Source: an uncultured Nitrososphaerota archaeon
GTDB taxonomy: Archaea > Thermoproteota > Nitrososphaeria > Nitrososphaerales > CADDZS01
DNA length: 64,000 bases
Assembly (NCBI GenBank): GCA_963799845.1
Contig: CAWCYI010000004.1
Location: forward strand, 1,728,001 to 1,792,000
Reading direction: 5' to 3'
Positions 31,295-41,442 of the stretch are shown here, one piece after another. Position 1 is the first letter of the stretch, and every line of letters begins with the position of its first letter. The notes under the pieces are model-generated. The model was not told the DNA's origin, did no database searches, and saw nothing but the letters and a program-made list of their open reading frames with translations. The position numbers and the translations under genes are program-made.

Positions 31295-31558
31295 ATGACT
31301 TCCTCCTTCACGCTGGAACAGAAGGGTATAAACTTTATTGGGCAACCAATACAGCCCGCAACAGAACCGTCTTGTATTGAATAATGCCTAAATGGGTCAT
31401 AATTGAGCAACTAGAAAAGAGACTCAATGATGACTTTCGATTCCGAAACTCACGCAGACAAGCCAAAAACAAGAATCCTACTGAGAAAGACAGTTCAGAA
31501 TGAAGTGCAATCATTAACTCTTGACTGCAACGCCTACAGTCTCAGGAGTCGAATATTG

Positions 31559-31966
31559 CTACTTGTTACCCTTTCTTTTCTTGGAAACTGGTTTCCGACT
31601 CGTTCGGATCTTTGTTGGTCGGATATGAACTCGCTTTTTGTATTTCGGCTGATACAATTCTACTTCCAATTCTCCTGGCATCTGAAAATGGGTCAATAAT
31701 CCCCAGCCTTGATCTGTGATTTCCGTTGTGAAGTGGACTCCTCGGGTCTTCAACTCTCCAACCGTCTTGTGAATGTCATCGCAGTAGAAAGAGATCGAAT
31801 GGGACACACTGTCAGATGGATGAGCTGCAAGGTCTGCCTCCGGCATGTCAAAGATTAGCCAGCCCTCGCCCGTATCAGTGTAAGTAAAACCCAGCTTGTC
31901 GCGTATGAATTCGCGCACTTCATCGGCCTTGGGCGTATAGAATATGCCATGCAAACCCTTGATCAT
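31559..31966 (-). CDS. VOC/glyoxalase family protein
   Basis: GWLIF, ISFYCDDI, DQGWG and ELYQP motifs. Confidence 0.88.
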   Translation of the reverse strand: MIKGLHGIFYTPKADEVREFIRDKLGFTYTDTGEGWLIFDMPEADLAAHPSDSVSHSISFYCDDIHKTVGELKTRGVHFTTEITDQGWGLLTHFQMPGELEVELYQPKYKKRVHIRPTKIRTSRKPVSKKRKGNK

Positions 31967-32146
31967 TTTCTAATCACAGTAGTACAGGGAAGAGAAATAA
32001 TCCAGCCTTTAAGTTTGCCAGCCGTCTGAAGCAGTTCGTCGTTCATTTACTCGCACCCAAAAAGGTTTGATTACTTGAATGATTTCCTTGTGTGGCAATC
32101 TATAAGAATAAAAAATAGGATTGTCGGGAGCGAGTCGAAAGCGAGA

Positions 32147-32911
32147 ATGGATTTCGGTTGTCGTAGATTTGATGGAAAGATTGTGCTTGTGACGGGATCA
32201 GGAAGAGGAATCGGCCTGGAGATCGCTCGATCTTTCGCACGCGAAGGAGCGATTCTCGTTTTGAATGATATCAATAAAGATCAACTGGACAGTGCGCTGG
32301 AAGAGATTTCGCTTGACTCTCCAAAGAGCATCAGCTACCTGTGTGATATTTCAAAGAAGGAAGATGTCGCAAGAATGGTGGGTACCATTGTCTCAAGATT
32401 AGGCAGAATTGATGTACTCGTCAACAATGCGGGAATAGGAACACCATCTTCTTTTCTCGATATCGGAGAAGAAGAGTGGGACCGCGTGATGGGCATCAAC
32501 CTCAAAGGTACCTTTCTTGTGACCCAGCAGGTCGTCGGTCAGATGGTAAAGCAGCGGTACGGGCGCATAGTCATGATATCGAGCCTGTCCGGAAAGATGG
32601 GAGGTGTTGCAACTGGAATTCATTACAGTATTTCAAAAGGAGGAATGATGGTCATGGCGAGACAGGTCGCTAGGGAATTCGGTTCGTTCAATATCACAGC
32701 AAACGCCGTTGCGCCTTCGTTCGTCGATACGAATCTGCTAACGGACTTGAAACTGGAAAACAAAAAAGAAGATCTTGCGAGGTTGAACGTGATCCAGCGC
32801 CTCGCAACCACCGCGGATGTGGCAAATGCCGTGTTATTTCTGGCAGCTGAACCTTCTTCCTTCATAACGGGCGAGACGTTGAATGTGAATGGAGGTAGGT
32901 ATATGGACTAA
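32147..32911 (+). CDS. Short-chain dehydrogenase/reductase (FabG-like)
   Basis: TGSGRGIG, NNAG, YSISK and ITGETLNVNGG motifs. Confidence 0.92.
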   Translation: MDFGCRRFDGKIVLVTGSGRGIGLEIARSFAREGAILVLNDINKDQLDSALEEISLDSPKSISYLCDISKKEDVARMVGTIVSRLGRIDVLVNNAGIGTPSSFLDIGEEEWDRVMGINLKGTFLVTQQVVGQMVKQRYGRIVMISSLSGKMGGVATGIHYSISKGGMMVMARQVAREFGSFNITANAVAPSFVDTNLLTDLKLENKKEDLARLNVIQRLATTADVANAVLFLAAEPSSFITGETLNVNGGRYMD

Positions 32912-33105
32912 CCCAAAGCTCACACTATTCATACTAGGTACGGCAAGCTTTTCATAAACCTCTGCCCATGTGACGATCACTCATTCGTTTGCAGTCTGTC
33001 AAAGACGATACGAGTAATCAAAATATATAGAGTTTCAATTCTCACAAGTGATAATCGTACTAATCCCTTAACTAGGCAGAAATAGTTTCCATCATTGATG
33101 TTAAC

Positions 33106-33492
33106 ATGAGTGTCGTATCAGAAGATGTAAAGACAACGATCGATCAGCTGCTGAGGGTAATTTCGACGAAGAATGTGATCTCGGAACCAATCGAAATCGG
33201 GGACAACGTAGTCATAACCATAACCAAAATTGGGCTCGGCTTCGGTACAGGAAAGGGCGAAAGCAAGGCGCCGACGGGTCCTCAAGGAGCTGAAGGGGTG
33301 GGAGGAGCAGCCGGTGTTTCTCCAGTTGCAATCGTCGTAGTTCACAAGTCAACTCCGGGCCCCGCGGGAATAGAGGTTAAATCTCTTACTCCACCTAGCA
33401 CCGTAGGTAAGGCAATCGGAGACCTTGCAACTACAATCATGCAAGGGATGAAAGAACCAAAGGAGAAAAAAGCGCCGGAAAAAGATCAGTAA
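33106..33492 (+). CDS. GerW/YtfJ family protein
   Basis: VISEPIEIGD..ITITKIGLGFGTG.G...GGAAGVSPVAIVVV pattern. Confidence 0.85.
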   Translation: MSVVSEDVKTTIDQLLRVISTKNVISEPIEIGDNVVITITKIGLGFGTGKGESKAPTGPQGAEGVGGAAGVSPVAIVVVHKSTPGPAGIEVKSLTPPSTVGKAIGDLATTIMQGMKEPKEKKAPEKDQ

Positions 33493-33523
33493 CCGATAGC
33501 AAATCCAGAAGGACGACCGCCTT

Positions 33524-34114
33524 TTGATTCTGGAAATTGTGGCGATCGTCCTAATTATTTTGTTCTCTCTTGCGGCAGCTGTATTGCTGATACCATTCCA
33601 TATAGTCCTCACTGCTTCTGTTTCCCAATCTGCCAGAAAGTCCGAAGTCGCGCTTTCCTGGCTGGGATTGACTCTCTGGCAGAGAAAGCAGAGTGGACCA
33701 AAAGCGCCGAAAGAAGAAAAAGAGAAGGAAATGCCTGAGAAAAAAGGACTTGGTATAACCAGGATCGTGCGAATTCTCTCTTCCCTGAGAGATTCTATTC
33801 CTGCCCTTTCAATCTTGGCTGGATCATTTAGGAGAGCCCTACATATTCAAAGACTGGATACGAATTTCACTTTTGGGTTAGGCGATCCGGCAGATACGGC
33901 AATGCTCGCCGGCTACTTGTGGTCTTTCGCGTGGCTCATAAACAGCGTTCCTTCTGTCTCGTTTTCGTTTCGCCCCGACTTTGAGATGATTGGTCTTGAC
34001 GGATCTATCAAAGCCGAAGCGAAAGTCAAGATATTATTCTTGGCAATCGGATTCGTGAGAGCGTATTCGAAGAAACCATTTCGGAAACTAATCAGAGAAG
34101 TCAGAACGAGATGA
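33524..34114 (+). CDS. DUF2953 (YtfI-like) membrane protein
   Basis: N-terminal TM helix; FGLGDPADTAMLAGYLW...PDF motif. Confidence 0.82.
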   Translation: MILEIVAIVLIILFSLAAAVLLIPFHIVLTASVSQSARKSEVALSWLGLTLWQRKQSGPKAPKEEKEKEMPEKKGLGITRIVRILSSLRDSIPALSILAGSFRRALHIQRLDTNFTFGLGDPADTAMLAGYLWSFAWLINSVPSVSFSFRPDFEMIGLDGSIKAEAKVKILFLAIGFVRAYSKKPFRKLIREVRTR

Positions 34115-34482
34115 TGGTTATGGAGCTTGAAGAAAAAAAGGACTTTGAGATAGGCCCTACACTCGAAATAGGAGACAGACTCATTTTCGTTCTATGCGAG
34201 AGATTGCTGATTAAAACTCGGAAGGATCAACTGGTTTTCGGGATGTTGATTTCACCGATTTACATCATAATTGTAGAACATGATCTGCGCTACGCCTTCT
34301 CTCTCTTGGAAGGGACAGAAGTGGACATGGAGGAGCTTTTTCTAAAGTATCCCTCGTTGAAAGAGAAATTGAACCTAATTCGAAATCAGTTTGGGAACGT
34401 CACAAGTTTCAGCACGAAAGATACCTCACAGGCGGGGTTCGCCCTGGAGTTTTCAAACAACCATGAATCATTCGAATTCTGA
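34111..34482 (+). CDS. Hypothetical protein, possibly a divergent GerW-like protein
   Basis: GPTLEIGDRLI...ISPIYIIIV echoes the GerW pattern; coupled to the DUF2953 gene by an ATGA overlap. Confidence 0.55.
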   Translation: MMVMELEEKKDFEIGPTLEIGDRLIFVLCERLLIKTRKDQLVFGMLISPIYIIIVEHDLRYAFSLLEGTEVDMEELFLKYPSLKEKLNLIRNQFGNVTSFSTKDTSQAGFALEFSNNHESFEF

Positions 34483-34506
34483 AATCCTTGACAAAAATTA
34501 CCCGAG

Positions 34507-35190
34507 TTACGATAGCAGTTTGTCAAACACATGCTTCTCTGCTCTTCGCAGGTGTTCGCCCACCGTTCCCTTGTCCATCCGAAGGACGCTCGCAAGATCA
34601 TCGGTTCTGGTTCTCTTCGGAACATCGTAGTATCCCATGGCATGGGCAAGCCGTAGAATGCTCGTTTGCTTCCCAGTCAAGGAATTCAAGGCTGAATCGC
34701 TCCTTGCCTTGGGACGAGCTAGCCTGAGCACCTTGTACGGAACTTTGATTTGGTCCAACCCGTCCAGCAGTTGCCTGATCATCTTCTCGTGGGCAATTAC
34801 TGATACCTGAAGCTTCCCTTCTTGGAATCTTGGGTTCCCCAAACTGTATATCGGCGCTTTTTCCATCGCCTCGAAGAATTTCAATTCCTCTGCCAGCCGC
34901 CGGTCGAGCTTCCCATGACGTTTGGTAATCAGCCACCTGCCCGAAACCAGCAATATCTCGGAACCCGATTTCTCCTTGTTCAGAACCTTCACGCTGATGT
35001 TGTGAGAGTCATCGCCGGAAATAGAGTGTCTGAAAAGCTCCGATTCCTCATGCGATCCGCGGCAGAGCAGCAAGAAGCCTCGGCTGCGAAACTCTAGGAC
35101 ATTCAGAATATCGAGATGTTTCAATGCCTTGATCAGAAAGGAGGTCTCGGATTTTTCGTCGATTTGAACCTCGAAAGTCAGTTCTCTCAT
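34507..35190 (-). CDS. HTH_10 (Bat-like) transcriptional regulator
   Basis: LTGKQ...AHAMGYYDVPKR...EHLRRAE motif; start at MRELT chosen. Confidence 0.9.
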   Translation of the reverse strand: MRELTFEVQIDEKSETSFLIKALKHLDILNVLEFRSRGFLLLCRGSHEESELFRHSISGDDSHNISVKVLNKEKSGSEILLVSGRWLITKRHGKLDRRLAEELKFFEAMEKAPIYSLGNPRFQEGKLQVSVIAHEKMIRQLLDGLDQIKVPYKVLRLARPKARSDSALNSLTGKQTSILRLAHAMGYYDVPKRTRTDDLASVLRMDKGTVGEHLRRAEKHVFDKLLS

Positions 35191-35201
35191 GGTCGTTTCG
35201 A

Positions 35202-35223
35202 TATACCCCACATGTGGGGTATA
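35202..35223. promoter_or_regulatory. Perfect 22-bp palindrome, putative HTH_10 operator
   Basis: TATACCCCACATGTGGGGTATA, between the divergent regulator and MFS genes. Confidence 0.7.
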
Positions 35224-35265
35224 ACAGTTATTCGAATATTCAAAAAATAATTGATTCGATCGATT

Positions 35266-36711
35266 ATGACGCCATCAAATCCCAAGATGAACAACCTGGG
35301 ACAAAAACTTGCACTCGGGGTCCAGTTCGGATTGATCGCAGGTCCTTTTCTCAGCATGATCGACTCAAACGTAGTAAACGTGGCGCTTCCAGCTATCCTG
35401 ACGGACTTTCATAGCTCACTCTCCGCAGTGCAGTGGGTGCTCAGCGCGTATCTTTTGTCCAGCGGCGGCGCGCTCGTTGCAAGTCCTTATCTCTCAAAGA
35501 AGTTCGGAGCAAACCGCGTCTACCTCCTGAGCCTGCTGGGCTTTACAGGCGCATCGGGGCTCTGCGCTCTCGCTCCCACCCTCGAGATCCTCATTCTTGC
35601 CAGAGTCCTGCAAGGAGCCTTGGGATCCGTGATGGTGCCGCTCGCGATGGACATGCTGCTTGGAAAGAGTGGGAGTTCGAAGCAAATCTCCCCTGCGTTC
35701 GGGATAATCCTCTTCCTCGCTCCGGCGCTTGGACCTACCCTCGGAGGATTTCTGATCGGCGTTGCCGGGTGGCCTTCCGTATTCCTCATAAACGTCCCGC
35801 TCGGACTCTTCTCCGCCCTCATAATATCGCGTAGCAAAATTCCTCGAATCCGCCCCAGCGAAGTGCCTAAATTTGATCTGGTGGGCGCTGTTATTCTCGC
35901 ATCCGGCGTCGTCCTCGCGTTGTACGGGGCTTCCGAAGGCCCGCTGCTCGGATGGATTTCGATCGGGTCGTTGCCCTTTTGGGTATCCGGCATCATTCTG
36001 TTGGCTGTCTACGGGCTGTGGTCTCTCCGCAAACCGAATCCAGCCATAAACCTGAAGCTGCTGAGAAATACTCAGACAGCGCTGGCACTGGTGATAATCA
36101 CCATCGCGGCTACGGTACTCTTCGCGATGCTGTTTCTTCTCCCCATCTTCATGGAATCAATCCAGGGCGTGTCTGCTACAATCACGGGCCTCACACTGTT
36201 ACCGCAGGGAATAGTCACAGGAATCGGAACCTGGATCGGCGACAAGTTGTCAAAGCAGAGGAGTGAGAGAAGCATCCGGCTTACTACCGTCCTGGGGATG
36301 GCGATTCTGGCCGCGACAACGGCGATGCTGTTGTTTGTCGACGTAGGGACGCCAGACTGGATAATCGCTGCCATCCTTAGCGGAAGAGGGCTCGCGTTGG
36401 GTCTAACGATCCAACCTCTGCTGTATGCAACAATTGGGAATCTGACAGACCAAGAAGTCCCTGATGGAAACACTTTGTTCAACGTAATGGATCGCCTCGG
36501 AGGCTCAGTCGGAATCTCCTTACTTGCTACCTTCTTCCAGTTCAGAGAGCAAGCTTACATTTCGGCCGAGTCAACGACATCTCCCTCGACCTCGCAGCTG
36601 GTTCTTGCAGCGTTGCACGGGTTTCATGATACCATCCTGCTTCTCACCGCCATTTCTTTATTCGGGCTGTTTCTTGCCATACTATTGAAGACGAAAAACG
36701 AGAATCAATAG
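35266..36711 (+). CDS. MFS transporter (DHA2/EmrB-like)
   Basis: DSNVVNVALP, ARVLQG, APALGPTLGG and FLINVPLG motifs. Confidence 0.92.
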   Translation: MTPSNPKMNNLGQKLALGVQFGLIAGPFLSMIDSNVVNVALPAILTDFHSSLSAVQWVLSAYLLSSGGALVASPYLSKKFGANRVYLLSLLGFTGASGLCALAPTLEILILARVLQGALGSVMVPLAMDMLLGKSGSSKQISPAFGIILFLAPALGPTLGGFLIGVAGWPSVFLINVPLGLFSALIISRSKIPRIRPSEVPKFDLVGAVILASGVVLALYGASEGPLLGWISIGSLPFWVSGIILLAVYGLWSLRKPNPAINLKLLRNTQTALALVIITIAATVLFAMLFLLPIFMESIQGVSATITGLTLLPQGIVTGIGTWIGDKLSKQRSERSIRLTTVLGMAILAATTAMLLFVDVGTPDWIIAAILSGRGLALGLTIQPLLYATIGNLTDQEVPDGNTLFNVMDRLGGSVGISLLATFFQFREQAYISAESTTSPSTSQLVLAALHGFHDTILLLTAISLFGLFLAILLKTKNENQ

Positions 36712-36749
36712 CAATACTTATTCTTAGAAAAATAAGACGAGCCAGTTTC

Positions 36750-37766
36750 TTGGAAAAGATTGATTACACACTACTACTTCCTTCCTACCGATCCTCTCAA
36801 TTGAACAGCAGGCTCTCCAAACGAATTCTCGTGACCGGAGCAACAGGGCAGATCGGTTCAGAGTTAATATTCGAGCTTTCGAAAAAATACGGTCGGAACA
36901 ATGTGGTGGCTACAAGTCACAGCAAGACTCCAAGCGAAGAAATGCTCTCTTCTGTCATCTTTGAATCCTTGGATGTCGCCGACAAAATCGCGGTTTCAAA
37001 GATCGCGGAGAAGCACAACATAGACACCATTTACCATCTTGCAGGACTGCTTTCTGCCGTGGGCGAAAAAAATCCAATGCTCGCTTGGCAGGTGAACATT
37101 GGAGGTCTCCTTAACGTGCTTGAGATTGCACGAGAACGGAACATGATCAGAGTATTTTGGCCGAGTTCAATAGCAGTCTTTGGCCCTGAAGCTCCTCGTG
37201 TAATGACGCCCCAGCTGACGCCGCTTATTCCGAGAACAATTTACGGCTCAAGTAAGGTTGCGGGAGAACTCCTTTGCAATTATTACTTCAATCGGTATGG
37301 TCTCGATGTCAGGAGCATCCGATATCCTGGCATCATCAGCAGCGAAACGCCTCCCGGAGGCGGAACAACAGATTACGCGGTCGAGATTTTCTACGAAGCA
37401 ATCAAGAAAAAGCAGTACACATGTTTTGTCAGAAGGGACACAGTCCTGCCGATGCTCTACATGCCCGACTGCATCGCGGGCACTTTGGATCTGATGGAAG
37501 CAGACTCTTCCAAGATCAAGATCCGCACTAGCTACAACCTTGGTGGACTGAGCTTCTCCGCAGAGGAACTTGCAAATGAAGTAAGAAAGTTCATTCCAGA
37601 ACTTACCGTCGATTACAAACCAGATTTTAGACAAAACATAGCCGATTCCTGGCCCATGTCGATAGACGATAGCGACGCTCAGAGGGACTGGAACTGGAAG
37701 CCCTCTTACAGCCTTGCATCGATCACCAAAGACATGATCGAAAAACTCTCCAAAAGGCTCCAGTAG
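36750..37766 (+). CDS. tdh: L-threonine 3-dehydrogenase (SDR/epimerase type)
   Basis: GATGQIG, LSAVGE, YGSSK and PGGGTTDYAV motifs; adjacent to kbl. Confidence 0.88.
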   Translation: MEKIDYTLLLPSYRSSQLNSRLSKRILVTGATGQIGSELIFELSKKYGRNNVVATSHSKTPSEEMLSSVIFESLDVADKIAVSKIAEKHNIDTIYHLAGLLSAVGEKNPMLAWQVNIGGLLNVLEIARERNMIRVFWPSSIAVFGPEAPRVMTPQLTPLIPRTIYGSSKVAGELLCNYYFNRYGLDVRSIRYPGIISSETPPGGGTTDYAVEIFYEAIKKKQYTCFVRRDTVLPMLYMPDCIAGTLDLMEADSSKIKIRTSYNLGGLSFSAEELANEVRKFIPELTVDYKPDFRQNIADSWPMSIDDSDAQRDWNWKPSYSLASITKDMIEKLSKRLQ

Positions 37767-37809
37767 TTTGGCGGGAAATGGTTAAAGTTCAGTTCCGAGC
37801 TCTCAGAAT

Positions 37810-39015
37810 GTGGCAATCCTTATGCGAAATCCAACATCGTTCCTGCGCGACGAGTACGAAGATCTGGTAAAAAACGAGCTTGAATGGAAACTACGAGTTC
37901 TTCAAGGGCCGAGCACTTCTTGGTGCACCGTTGACGGCAAGAAAGTGCTCATGTTTTGCTCTAACAATTATCTCGGCCTGAGCAATCATCCCAGACTAAA
38001 AGAGGCATCAATTAAGGCTGTGCAGAGTCATGGTGCAGGCTCAGGATCTGTCCGACCGATTGCCGGGAACATGGATCTGCATGTCGAACTGGAAAAACGT
38101 CTTGCACTTTTCAAACATGCTGATGCCTCACTGACCTATCAGACTGGTTTTGCCGCAAATGCTGGTCTGATCCCGCAGCTCGTCGGAGAAACCGACATAA
38201 TAATCAGCGACGAGCTGAACCACGGGAGCATCATCGACGGAGTCAGATTATCGCGGGCAGAACGAACGGTCTACAAGCACACGAACATGCCAGATTTGGA
38301 GCGCGTTCTCGACGAAGCAGAAAAACACACTCCCCCGTACAGACGAATCTTGTTGATAACGGATGGGGTCTTCTCGATGGATGGAGATATTGCTCCGCTG
38401 GATGAGATAGCAAAGCTCGGTTCCGAGCACGGCGCAATGGTTTACGTTGACGACGCCCACGGCGAAGGAGTTCTCGGAGAAGGAGGCAGAGGGATAGTTT
38501 CTCATTTCAAGCTTTCACGAGACAAAGTGCACGTGGAGATGGGAACATTCTCCAAAGCTTTTGGCGTAGTTGGAGGACACGTCTCGGGTTCCAAAGATCT
38601 CGTCAATTTTGCTTACAACAAATCTCGAACCTGGCTCCTCAGCGGGTCTCATCCTCCGGCGGTAGTTGCTGCATGCATCGCAGCTATCGATGTCTTGGAG
38701 AGCGAACCCCAACATGTTGAGAAACTCTGGGAGAACACTAGATACTTCAAGAAATCAATGAAGGATCTCGGGTTTGACATTGGAAACAGTCAGACGCCAA
38801 TCACTCCGGTCATGGTGGGAGACAGTACTCTTGCGAAGAAATTGAGTTCAAGGCTATTCGAGGAAGGAGTATTTGCCTTACCAATTGTTTACCCGATGGT
38901 TGCGCTTGATAAGGCGCGAATAAGGACCATCATGAACGCGGCTCTGACTAGAGAGGATCTAGACTTTGCAATCGAGGCGTTCACAGAGATAGGAAAGGAA
39001 TTGAAAATAATATGA
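37810..39015 (+). CDS. kbl: 2-amino-3-ketobutyrate CoA ligase (glycine C-acetyltransferase)
   Basis: CSNNYLGL, SDELNHGSIIDG, DGVFSMDG, DDAHG and GTFSKA (PLP lysine) motifs. Confidence 0.9.
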   Translation: MAILMRNPTSFLRDEYEDLVKNELEWKLRVLQGPSTSWCTVDGKKVLMFCSNNYLGLSNHPRLKEASIKAVQSHGAGSGSVRPIAGNMDLHVELEKRLALFKHADASLTYQTGFAANAGLIPQLVGETDIIISDELNHGSIIDGVRLSRAERTVYKHTNMPDLERVLDEAEKHTPPYRRILLITDGVFSMDGDIAPLDEIAKLGSEHGAMVYVDDAHGEGVLGEGGRGIVSHFKLSRDKVHVEMGTFSKAFGVVGGHVSGSKDLVNFAYNKSRTWLLSGSHPPAVVAACIAAIDVLESEPQHVEKLWENTRYFKKSMKDLGFDIGNSQTPITPVMVGDSTLAKKLSSRLFEEGVFALPIVYPMVALDKARIRTIMNAALTREDLDFAIEAFTEIGKELKII

Positions 39016-39034
39016 TCGTGTCACGGTTCCGGAA

Positions 39035-39238
39035 ATGATACCTCTTCATGTTCCAAAGCCATTAGCGGAAGCATTTAACCTCCATGAAGGCAGTGTCGTG
39101 ACGTTCACAAAGGAAGAAGATGCTATCCTTTTGAGAAAAACAAGCGATACAAAGGACAAGCTTACCGAGATAATGTCGTGGAATACCAAGAGAAAGAAAG
39201 GTAAGCTAAAGAAGGTCGTCGAGAAGGAGAATTCATGA
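39035..39238 (+). CDS. AbrB/MazE/SpoVT-type DNA-binding protein (possibly 5'-truncated)
   Basis: LHVPKPLAEAFNLHEGSVVTF...ILLRK pattern. Confidence 0.6.
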   Translation: MIPLHVPKPLAEAFNLHEGSVVTFTKEEDAILLRKTSDTKDKLTEIMSWNTKRKKGKLKKVVEKENS

Positions 39239-39473
39239 TGAAGACCCACAGCCTTTCACAGCCTGACCTAAATCAGATTCGGAAAAAGACCGCCTAATCA
39301 AGAATAGAGATTTACGATTGGAAGAGCAAGATAACCGGATTTCTTGCTTCTTAACCATCGAGCGTTTTATTGTCGATCTCAGTAACTATCCCTGGTAAAA
39401 TAATATATTTTTACGAACTAAATTAGAAGTGGTCTTTGGCAGCCCGTCAGTTCGAAACCTAGACCCAAATTGA

Positions 39474-40430
39474 ATGATGCGAATGGAAGATCTTTTGGAA
39501 TGTAGAAACCTCACTAAACAGTATGGAAAAGAGGCGCCTGCTTTGGACAATGTAAGCCTCTCAATAAAGACAAGTGGGATCTTTGCACTCTTGGGAAGGA
39601 ACGGCGCTGGAAAGACTACGCTGATAAGGATACTCGCGACCGAGCTCATGCCAAGCTCCGGAAGCGCGAGTATCAATGGGATGGATGTGGTGAATGACAC
39701 CAAGAAGATAAGGGCACAGATAGCGGTTATGCCACAGGAGGCAAGGCTCGTACCCTGGCTGACTCCAAGGCAGGCAATCTATTCTTACCTTTTGTACAGG
39801 GGATTCAGCAGAAACGAAGCCTCTTCAAAAGTTGCTGGAGCACTCGCAAATCTTGGACTCGGTAAATATGAGAATACTCTGAATAGGCATCTTTCTGGCG
39901 GCGTGAAAAGAAGGGTGCTGATGACTATGATCCTTGCAACTGATGCAAAGATCCTGTTCGTGGATGAACCGACAACGGGCCTTGATCCCATAATAAGAGC
40001 AGATCTGTGGGCCAAATTGAATGAACTAAAAAAGACCCACTTCATATTCTTGACAACCCATTACCTCGAAGAAGCAGAAAGACTGGCTGACATGATCGGC
40101 ATACTTGAGAACGGAAGACTTCTCAGTTTAGGCACTTTGGATCAGCTCAGGTCGATGGTCAAATACCAGTACAGCATACGCATCCTGCAAATTGGTTCTT
40201 CCTTCGAGCCGAAAATCGGCGAGGTAATCAAGAGCGCCGATGGATCAACTCAGATTTTCGCTACGGAGGAGGATGCCGACAAACTCTCAGAGCAGCTGAT
40301 AAGGGAAAGGAAACGATTTTCGATCTATCCAATCTCGCTGGAAGATATTTTCTATTATCTGGTGAGGAAACCAATCGAAGAAGATACCAAGCACAATTCA
40401 ATCGAGCAGAATGATGTTCATGAAGATTAA
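39474..40430 (+). CDS. ABC transporter ATP-binding protein
   Basis: GRNGAGKT, LSGG, VDEPTTGLDP and TTHYLEEAE motifs. Confidence 0.92.
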   Translation: MMRMEDLLECRNLTKQYGKEAPALDNVSLSIKTSGIFALLGRNGAGKTTLIRILATELMPSSGSASINGMDVVNDTKKIRAQIAVMPQEARLVPWLTPRQAIYSYLLYRGFSRNEASSKVAGALANLGLGKYENTLNRHLSGGVKRRVLMTMILATDAKILFVDEPTTGLDPIIRADLWAKLNELKKTHFIFLTTHYLEEAERLADMIGILENGRLLSLGTLDQLRSMVKYQYSIRILQIGSSFEPKIGEVIKSADGSTQIFATEEDADKLSEQLIRERKRFSIYPISLEDIFYYLVRKPIEEDTKHNSIEQNDVHED

Positions 40431-41164
40431 CAGATTGAATCAGGTTTATGCATCAATATTGATTGATGCAATATACCAGATGAAGAACTATCCAATCACA
40501 TTGGTAAGCAACGTAATTGCACCATTTTCCGTTCTAATCCTGATAATCCTCGTGAGTCATGGACAACTGTTGAGCATCTCGATAGAAGGCGCTCTGATAA
40601 CCAGTATGATCTCCGGTGGCGTGACTTTACAGATCGATCTTTCTCACATCAAGAACGACTTCAAGCTGCAGGACATGCTGATTCAGCTCGCCTACCAGCG
40701 CATTCACTTACACGCTGGGAATGGCGATGGCTGCACTCACAAACGCCCTTCCCGCACTCGCCGTTCTGACCAGTCTCGCGTTTCTATACATACACACTAG
40801 CCCAATCGGTGCGCTCACAATTTTTGCGGTGTTTTCATTAATATTTGCATTCTCGGTCGCACTTGGCTTCATGCTCTCGACCTTCAGCACCGATATCCAG
40901 CAAAACCGTGCGTTCGTGAGTATCTTGACTGTCATATTAGCAACTATAGCCCCGATATACTATCCAATAACCTACATACCACTTTCAATAAGGTTCATAG
41001 CATATCTCTCTCCAGCCACTTATGCGGCAGAAATAGCCCAGAATGCAATACGCGATTTACCACTCTCGGCTTCAAACCTCGCAATCGATTGGATTGTACT
41101 GATAGCGGTCTCTGGCGTACTGTTTGCTGTCGCTGTAAGAAAGAGTCACTGGCGCGATCCTTAA
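40411..41164 (+). CDS. ABC-2 permease; +1 frameshift at ~40684
   Basis: The two ORFs join as KLQDMLISSPTSAFTYTLGMA; PIYYPI and SPATYAA motifs follow. Confidence 0.82.
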
Positions 41165-41442
41165 TCCGGAATCGACCGGATACCTTTCCACGTCTCATGG
41201 TAGAGTCGAATCTATCCTGTCCAGATCGTAAGACAGTATATTGATGACTACTTTAGAAAAGTGATACGTTTGCTATAGAAAAGTTCCAGAATTGAATTAA
41301 TAACTGAGATGGTTATGCAATAATCTTCAGATGGGCGGATTCTACATGAATCTGAATCAAATCAGCTGGAGCAATTAAAGCTGCATGATTCAGAGCCTGT
41401 ACACATAAAGCCACCCGACTAAGCTGGCTTGTCGAACTATCA

